A program made the position numbers and the translations under genes. A DNA stretch of 64,000 nt from Alistipes sp. Lineage in GTDB: Bacteria > Bacteroidota > Bacteroidia > Bacteroidales > Rikenellaceae. The stretch is taken from NCBI GenBank assembly GCA_017501625.1, contig JAFVWO010000102.1, positions 2,954-66,953 on the forward strand. Reading direction: 5' to 3'. Below, in pieces: positions 58,129-64,000 of this stretch. Position 1 is the stretch's first letter. Each line of letters begins with the position of its first letter. The notes beneath the pieces were generated by a model that searched no databases, was not told the origin of the DNA, and saw nothing but the letters and a program-made list of their open reading frames with translations.

Positions 58129-59202
58129 ATGGCAGCCAACAGATACTGCGTGATAATGGCGGGTGGCGTAGGCTCACGCTTCTGGCCCATGAGCCGACAG
58201 AGCAAACCAAAGCAATTCTTGGACATCATGGGTACGGGGCGCTCGTTCATACGACATACATACGACAGATTTGCCAATATTGTTCCAAATGAGAACTTTA
58301 TCGTCGTCACAAACACACGATATAAGGAGCTCGTTATGGAGCATATCCCCGAACTCTCCGAGGAGCAGATTTTGTGCGAGCCCATTGGTCGCAACACGGC
58401 ACCATGTATCGCCTACGCAGCATATCATCTACTACGCCGCGACCCCGATGCAGAGATGATTGTGACACCTTCCGACCATCTGATACTCAACGAAAAGGAG
58501 TTTTCGACCATAGTAAACAACTGTCTTGACTTTATCAAAGACGAGAGTGCGCTGATGACCATAGGCATAGAGCCCACACGCCCCGAGACGGGCTATGGAT
58601 ATATACAGCGAACAGGTGCAACGGAGATAAGCAAGGTGAAGTGTTTCACCGAGAAACCAAGCCGCGAAATGGCTGAAGCATTTTTGGAGTGTGGCGAATT
58701 TTTATGGAACTCGGGAATATTCATCTGGAAGGTCAAAGATATCATCGCAGCCTTTGAGCAACACCTCCCCGAGCATGCCGCCCTCTTCAACGCCATCGTC
58801 GATGACCTCGGGACCGAAAGAGAGAAGGCCGCCATACAGCAGGTCTTTGCAGCATGTCGCCCCATATCCGTCGACTTTGGCATCATGGAGCGTGCGGAGA
58901 ATGTATACGTTCATGCCGGTGACTTCGGCTGGAGCGACCTCGGCACTTGGCACTCGGTGTACATGCAATCGCGCAAGGATAAGTTCGCAAACGTCACAAG
59001 CAGCAACGACATATACACCTACGACACACGCAACTCGCTGATACGCATCCCGAAAGGTAAGACAGCCGTCGTCAGCGGCCTGAAGGAGTATATCGTCGTC
59101 GACACTCCCGACGTGCTGATGATATGTCCCAAGAGCGAGGAGCGCAACATCAAGGGATTTATCGAGGATGTGAAGTACACAACGGGGGACAAGTTTATCT
59201 GA
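58129..59202 (+). CDS. manC: Mannose-1-phosphate guanylyltransferase
   Basis: IMAGGVGSRFWPMSR...PKQF, EPIGRNTAP, PSDH, ETGYGYI, FTEKP, WNSGIF, WSDLGTW. Confidence 0.95.
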   Translation: MAANRYCVIMAGGVGSRFWPMSRQSKPKQFLDIMGTGRSFIRHTYDRFANIVPNENFIVVTNTRYKELVMEHIPELSEEQILCEPIGRNTAPCIAYAAYHLLRRDPDAEMIVTPSDHLILNEKEFSTIVNNCLDFIKDESALMTIGIEPTRPETGYGYIQRTGATEISKVKCFTEKPSREMAEAFLECGEFLWNSGIFIWKVKDIIAAFEQHLPEHAALFNAIVDDLGTEREKAAIQQVFAACRPISVDFGIMERAENVYVHAGDFGWSDLGTWHSVYMQSRKDKFANVTSSNDIYTYDTRNSLIRIPKGKTAVVSGLKEYIVVDTPDVLMICPKSEERNIKGFIEDVKYTTGDKFI

Positions 59203-59392
59203 TAACCAATTTGCACCCCGTCGCGTAGACGCATCATCATGCTCAACCAAATACGTCAATAAATTGGCATTGCAGGGAGTCAAAGAAGTAGGTGTGGCGG
59301 GCAGTCAAAGAGACACCTTGCCATACCCTCAAATTGTCAATAACTTTTAACAAATAATTACCCTCAGGGTGTTATTTCTACGAAATAATCAC

Positions 59393-59400
59393 TACATTTG
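59393..59400 (+). promoter_or_regulatory. Bacteroidetes -7 element (TACATTTG) for lon-kds
   Basis: Matches TAnnTTTG. Confidence 0.6.
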
Positions 59401-59494
59401 CCGCGTTATTGCTGTAGATATGGTGTATCGCAATGTGTCATTTCGGCAAGAAGATTGAGATACATCAAAAGCATACAAACGGAAACTATTGATT

Positions 59495-61918
59495 ATGAGC
59501 AGAAATAAGAAAGATACAGAGTTTGATGATTTGGGATTGGTCCCCGAGCTCTTCGATGGTAAGCATCAGGTGATACCCATCATATCGGGGGGCGATGACA
59601 CCATCGAGAAGGTTAACATCCCCGAGGTGTTGCCCATACTTACGTTGCGCAGCTCGGTGATATTCCCGGGTGCTGTGACACCCATAACCGTAGGTCGCGC
59701 CAAGTCTATCGCTCTGGTGCGTGCCGTGGAGGCCGGCGATGGTCTGCTGGGAGCAGTATTGCAGGTAGACAGCTCGATAGAGGACCCCACGCCCGACGAC
59801 ATGCACAAGATTGGCACAACAGCGCGCATACTCAAGATTCTCGAGATGCCCAACGGCAACCTCACGGTGATACTCACAGGCTTGGAGAAGATTGAGGTGC
59901 AGGAGTACATCTCGACGCAGCCCTACTTCAAGGCCACGGTGACACCCATACAGGACACTACGCCCGACCCCAAGAATGTGGAGTTTGTGGCTCTCGTAGA
60001 GTCTATCAAGGAGGTGGCTCTCGGCATCATCAACATATCGCCCACGATGCCTAAGGAGGCAGCCTTCGCGATTAAGAATCTCGATTCGAGCCGTGCAATA
60101 ATCAACTTTATATGCTCGAACATGGAGCTTACGGATGACGACCGCCAACACTTATTGGAGGCTCCGGGGCTCTTGGCGCGAGCACGTCGATTGTTAGAGA
60201 TTTTGGTTCGCGAGCAGCAGCTTGCAGAGCTTAAGAACGACATACAAAACAAAGTTAAGCAGGAGATAGACAAGCAGCAGAAGGACTACTACCTCCAGCA
60301 GCAGATGCGTGTCATTCAGGACGAGATTGGCGATGGCATGGATGCCGACGTTGAGCGCCTCAGAGAGGCAGCGAAGAAGAAGCATTGGTCGCAGGCTACG
60401 GCAGAGCTCTTCGAGAAGGAGGTGACACGCCTCGAGCGCCTCAACCCCGCAGTTGCAGAGTACTCGGTGCAGATAAACTATCTACAACTTATGCTCGACC
60501 TCCCTTGGGAGGAGATGACAACCGACCGCCTCGACCTTAAGGCCGTGCGCGAGCAGTTGGACAAGGACCACTTCGGCCTCGACGAGGTTAAGGAGCGCCT
60601 ACTGGAGCACCTTGCCGTCATAAAACTTAAGGGCGACCTTAAGTCACCCATCCTCTGCCTCTATGGCCCTCCGGGTGTGGGTAAGACATCGTTGGGTAAG
60701 TCCGTAGCGGAGGCTATGGGACGTAAGTTTGGCCGCATATCTCTCGGAGGCTTGCACGACGAGTCGGAGATACGTGGTCACCGCAGGACATATATCGGAG
60801 CGATGCCCGGTCGTATAATAGAGACCATAAAGCGTTGCGGAGCCTCAAACCCCGTGATTATCCTCGACGAGATAGACAAGGTGTCGCGCTCGAATCATGG
60901 CGACCCCTCGAGTGCCCTCTTGGAGGTTCTCGACCCCGAGCAGAACACCACATTCCACGATAACTACTTAGACACGGAGTACGACCTATCGAAGGTGCTC
61001 TTCATTGCCACGGCAAACAACATCGAAAACATATCGGCAGCGTTGCGCGACCGCATGGAGATGATAAACATCCCGGGATATATCCTCGAGGATAAGGTTC
61101 ACATTGCTGAAAACCATCTTGTGAAGAAGCAGCGCGAGGCACACGGCATACCCGAGGATAAGCTGTCGCTCACACGCGAGGCCATCGTCCGAATCATCGA
61201 GGACTACACACGTGAGTCGGGCGTGCGCGGTTTGGATAAGAACATAGCGAAGATTGCACGTAACCGTGCCAAGGCCCTCGCTTTGGAGGAGGAGGTAACA
61301 ACGACCATCGAGGTCGAAGCATTGGAACCCATCCTCGGCAAGCCCAAGTTTAAGAACGACCGCTACGACATTGCCGGCATGCGCGGCGTAGTCACAGGCC
61401 TTGCGTGGACACAGGTAGGCGGCGACATTCTATATATCGAGTCGGTGTTGACACCCGGCAAGGGGAAGCTCTCGCTCACGGGTAATCTGGGCGATGTGAT
61501 GAAGGAGTCGGCGACCATTGCCCACGAGTGGGTCATGGCACACCACGAGGAGCTCGGCATCGACCGCAAGCTCTTCGAGGAGTACGACCTTAACATCCAC
61601 GTGCCCGAAGGTGCCATACCGAAGGATGGCCCCTCGGCAGGTATCACGATGGTCACGTCGATAGTCTCGACATATACGGGGCGCGAGGTCAAGGAGCGCT
61701 TGGCGATGACGGGAGAGACGACACTGCGCGGTCGTGTGACGGCAGTAGGTGGCATACGTGAGAAGATTCTCGCAGCCAAGCGTGCAGGCATCACTGAGCT
61801 CATCCTCTCGGAGGAGAATAGGAAGGATATTGAAGAGATAAAGGCGGAGTACGTCGAGGGTCTTACGTTCCACTACGTAAAGAGCAACGATGAGGTGCTG
61901 GCCATAGCTCTAAAATAA
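59495..61918 (+). CDS. lon: ATP-dependent protease La
   Basis: GPPGVGKTS, RGHRRTYIGAMPG, LDEIDK, PKDGPSAG (catalytic Ser), EKILAA. Confidence 0.97.
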   Translation: MSRNKKDTEFDDLGLVPELFDGKHQVIPIISGGDDTIEKVNIPEVLPILTLRSSVIFPGAVTPITVGRAKSIALVRAVEAGDGLLGAVLQVDSSIEDPTPDDMHKIGTTARILKILEMPNGNLTVILTGLEKIEVQEYISTQPYFKATVTPIQDTTPDPKNVEFVALVESIKEVALGIINISPTMPKEAAFAIKNLDSSRAIINFICSNMELTDDDRQHLLEAPGLLARARRLLEILVREQQLAELKNDIQNKVKQEIDKQQKDYYLQQQMRVIQDEIGDGMDADVERLREAAKKKHWSQATAELFEKEVTRLERLNPAVAEYSVQINYLQLMLDLPWEEMTTDRLDLKAVREQLDKDHFGLDEVKERLLEHLAVIKLKGDLKSPILCLYGPPGVGKTSLGKSVAEAMGRKFGRISLGGLHDESEIRGHRRTYIGAMPGRIIETIKRCGASNPVIILDEIDKVSRSNHGDPSSALLEVLDPEQNTTFHDNYLDTEYDLSKVLFIATANNIENISAALRDRMEMINIPGYILEDKVHIAENHLVKKQREAHGIPEDKLSLTREAIVRIIEDYTRESGVRGLDKNIAKIARNRAKALALEEEVTTTIEVEALEPILGKPKFKNDRYDIAGMRGVVTGLAWTQVGGDILYIESVLTPGKGKLSLTGNLGDVMKESATIAHEWVMAHHEELGIDRKLFEEYDLNIHVPEGAIPKDGPSAGITMVTSIVSTYTGREVKERLAMTGETTLRGRVTAVGGIREKILAAKRAGITELILSEENRKDIEEIKAEYVEGLTFHYVKSNDEVLAIALK

Positions 61919-61928
61919 TTGCAGCGAG

Positions 61929-62699
61929 ATGAAACCACGCACGTTAGCCATCATTCCGGCACGCTACGCCTCTACGCGCTTTGAGGGCAAGCCCTTAGCG
62001 TTGCTGGGAGGTATCAGCATCATAGAGCGAGTATATCGCCGCGTGGCGGGCACGGTGACGGATGTTGTCGTGGCCACCGACGATGAACGTATACGCTCCG
62101 CGGTGGAGGCCTTTGGCGGGCGCGTGGTGATGACCTCCGCGGCACACCGCTGTGGCACGGACCGCTGTGCCGAGGCTCTTGAAATAGTGGGAGGAGAGTA
62201 CGACATCGTGGTAAACGTGCAGGGTGACGAGCCCTTCATTCGCAGGGAGCAGATAGAGGCTCTCGTGGATTGTTTCTCGTCGGCAGATGTTGAGATTGCC
62301 ACGTTGGCACGCCCCTTCAACAAGGAGGAGGGCATGGCGGCTGTTGACAACCCCAACAATGTGAAGGTTGTGCGCGATGCCATGGGCAGGGCACTATACT
62401 TCTCGCGTGCAGCGATACCCTTCATACGTGACCATGAGCGCGAGGCGTGGCTCGAGCACCACGACTATCTCAAACATATTGGCATCTACGCCTTTAGGGG
62501 CGATGTGCTAAGGCGTGTCACACGGCTTGAAGGTGGCGCATTAGAGGGCATGGAGATGTTGGAGCAACTGAGGTGGTTAGAGCGAGGCTATCGCATAGCC
62601 GTAGCCGTTACCGACGACGAGAGCATAGGCATAGATACGCCCGAGGACTTGGCACGTGCCGAGGCCCTCTTGAAGAGCAACAAGGAGAATATACTATAG
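61929..62699 (+). CDS. kdsB: 3-deoxy-manno-octulosonate cytidylyltransferase
   Basis: IIPARYASTRFEGKPL, ATDD, GTDR, NVQGDEP, LYFSR, HIGIYAF, LEQLRWL, IDTPEDL. Confidence 0.96.
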   Translation: MKPRTLAIIPARYASTRFEGKPLALLGGISIIERVYRRVAGTVTDVVVATDDERIRSAVEAFGGRVVMTSAAHRCGTDRCAEALEIVGGEYDIVVNVQGDEPFIRREQIEALVDCFSSADVEIATLARPFNKEEGMAAVDNPNNVKVVRDAMGRALYFSRAAIPFIRDHEREAWLEHHDYLKHIGIYAFRGDVLRRVTRLEGGALEGMEMLEQLRWLERGYRIAVAVTDDESIGIDTPEDLARAEALLKSNKENIL

Positions 62700-62707
62700 T
62701 TAGGACA

Positions 62708-63463
62708 GTGAGCAATACGAAGTTTATAGCCGGACCATGTGTCATCGAGAGCTACGAGCTCCTCGATGAGGTGGCGCGCACCATCGTGGGCATAAACCAC
62801 GAACTCGGCATCGACATAGTGTTCAAGGCCTCTTTCGACAAGGCCAACCGCACATCGCTATCGTCGTATCGCGGTGTAGGCATGGAGCGAGGGTTGCAGA
62901 TGCTTGCCGACATATCGTCGAAGCACGGTTTACGCACCCTCACCGACATACACGAGGCATGGCAGGCAGCACCCGTAGCGGAGGTTGTCGACATCGTGCA
63001 GATACCTGCATTTCTATGCCGACAGACCGACCTTATCGTGGCTGCGGCACGTAGCGGCAAGATACTAAACATAAAGAAGGCGCAATTTCTCTCGGGTGAG
63101 GACATGCGCCACCCCTATAACAAGGCTATGGAGAGCGGAGCTACGGATGTGTGGCTCACGGAGCGCGGCAACATGTATGGCTACAACAATCTTGTCGTCG
63201 ACTTCCGCAATATCGCAGACATGCGACGTATAGCGCCGACGGTAGTCATGGACTGCACACACTCGGTACAGCGCCCGGGAGGTGGCGCAGGTGTGACTGC
63301 CGGCAACAGCGAGTATATCCCCGCCATGGCACTTGCGGCCAAGGCCTTTGGTGCCAACGGCTACTTCTTCGAGGTACACCCCGAGCCTCAGAGAGCATTG
63401 TGCGATGGCAGCAACATGCTACAATTATCGGAGCTACAAAGGACAATAAGCAAACTACTATAA
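62708..63463 (+). CDS. kdsA: KDO 8-phosphate synthase
   Basis: IAGPCVIES, KASFDKANRTS, QIPAFLCRQTDL, KKAQF, DCTHSVQ, FFEVHP; GTG start at 62708 inferred. Confidence 0.95.
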   Translation: MSNTKFIAGPCVIESYELLDEVARTIVGINHELGIDIVFKASFDKANRTSLSSYRGVGMERGLQMLADISSKHGLRTLTDIHEAWQAAPVAEVVDIVQIPAFLCRQTDLIVAAARSGKILNIKKAQFLSGEDMRHPYNKAMESGATDVWLTERGNMYGYNNLVVDFRNIADMRRIAPTVVMDCTHSVQRPGGGAGVTAGNSEYIPAMALAAKAFGANGYFFEVHPEPQRALCDGSNMLQLSELQRTISKLL

Positions 63464-63475
63464 ACCTACATAGAG

Positions 63476-64000
63476 ATGACATTCCAACACGAAGAGCTAC
63501 TTGCCTTAGGTCGCAAGATGATAAATACCGAGGTTGAGACCCTTACGCTCTTAGCACAATCGCTTGATGAGAGTTTTTTGGCTGCCGTGGAGGCTATATA
63601 CAACTGCACGGGCAAGGTTGTTATCACCGGCATGGGTAAGTCGGGCATCATAGCACGCAAGATTGCAGCTACGCTGACAAGCACGGGCACACCCACAATA
63701 TTTCTGCATCCGGCAGAGGCATCGCACGGTGACCTCGGCATCATAACCGCCGGTGATGTGGTCATAGCCCTCTCATATTCGGGCGAGACAGACGAGTTGC
63801 GCGCCATCGTCGAGTATGCCGAGCGCAACAACAACACGCTGATAGCGATGACCGGCAACGCCTCATCATCACTTGCACGCCATGCCAACGTGCTTCTCAA
63901 CATCACGGTACAGACCGAGGACTGCGTGCTCGACATTGTCCCCACATCGTCGACAACAGCACAACTCGCCATGGGCGATGCCATAGCCACGGTGCTCATG
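63476..64000 (+). CDS. kdsD: Arabinose 5-phosphate isomerase (KpsF/GutQ family), runs off right edge
   Basis: Manual translation: MTFQHEELL...GKVVITGMGKSGIIARKIAATLTSTGTP.IFLHPAEASHGDLG...SYSGET...PTSST. Confidence 0.94.
   Translation, partial: MTFQHEELLALGRKMINTEVETLTLLAQSLDESFLAAVEAIYNCTGKVVITGMGKSGIIARKIAATLTSTGTPTIFLHPAEASHGDLGIITAGDVVIALSYSGETDELRAIVEYAERNNNTLIAMTGNASSSLARHANVLLNITVQTEDCVLDIVPTSSTTAQLAMGDAIATVLM

Noticed and set aside
59203-59340. Possible structured RNA after manC (agtcaaaga twice, aggtgt/acacct)
   Set aside because: Pairings are short and match no family I recognise; cannot be supported without a covariance search.
62573-62707. N-terminal extension of kdsA overlapping kdsB
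   Set aside because: ORF-caller artefact; KdsA homology begins at about 62708.

Overview
A gene-dense, mostly core chromosomal window from a Bacteroidales organism. Bacteroidetes-type TAnnTTTG promoters and a SusC/SusD pair support this; gene style suggests Rikenellaceae/Alistipes-like, which is inference. Left to right: partial relA/spoT; a repeat-containing surface lipoprotein; threonine aldolase; a five-gene minus-strand unit (steroid 5-alpha-reductase-like, NADH:flavin oxidoreductase, SDR, DUF748 protein, FKBP) matching the known gut-Bacteroidota bile-acid/steroid A-ring conversion triad; a hut operon with fused FTCD; NfeD/SPFH; the dapB-lepB-yigZ-uvrA-M16-OMT string; an amidase/FN3 protein; a bile acid:Na symporter-like transporter; an alpha-glucan PUL (MFS, SusC, SusD, two SusE/F-like, four GH13) divergent from a LytS/LytTR system; an isolated wza-wzc pair; slt, porin, pssA, manC, lon and kdsB-kdsA-kdsD. 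No rRNA, tRNA, CRISPR or transposase was seen. The least explained DNA is intergenic: at least three kinds of 122-131 bp TIR-bounded palindromic elements with ERIC/RPE-like architecture cluster, nest and sit at gene 3' ends. One internally collapsed copy appears to carry compensatory changes, and 21-bp-period repeats lie upstream of the PUL. All calls come from motif recognition by eye; no searches were run.
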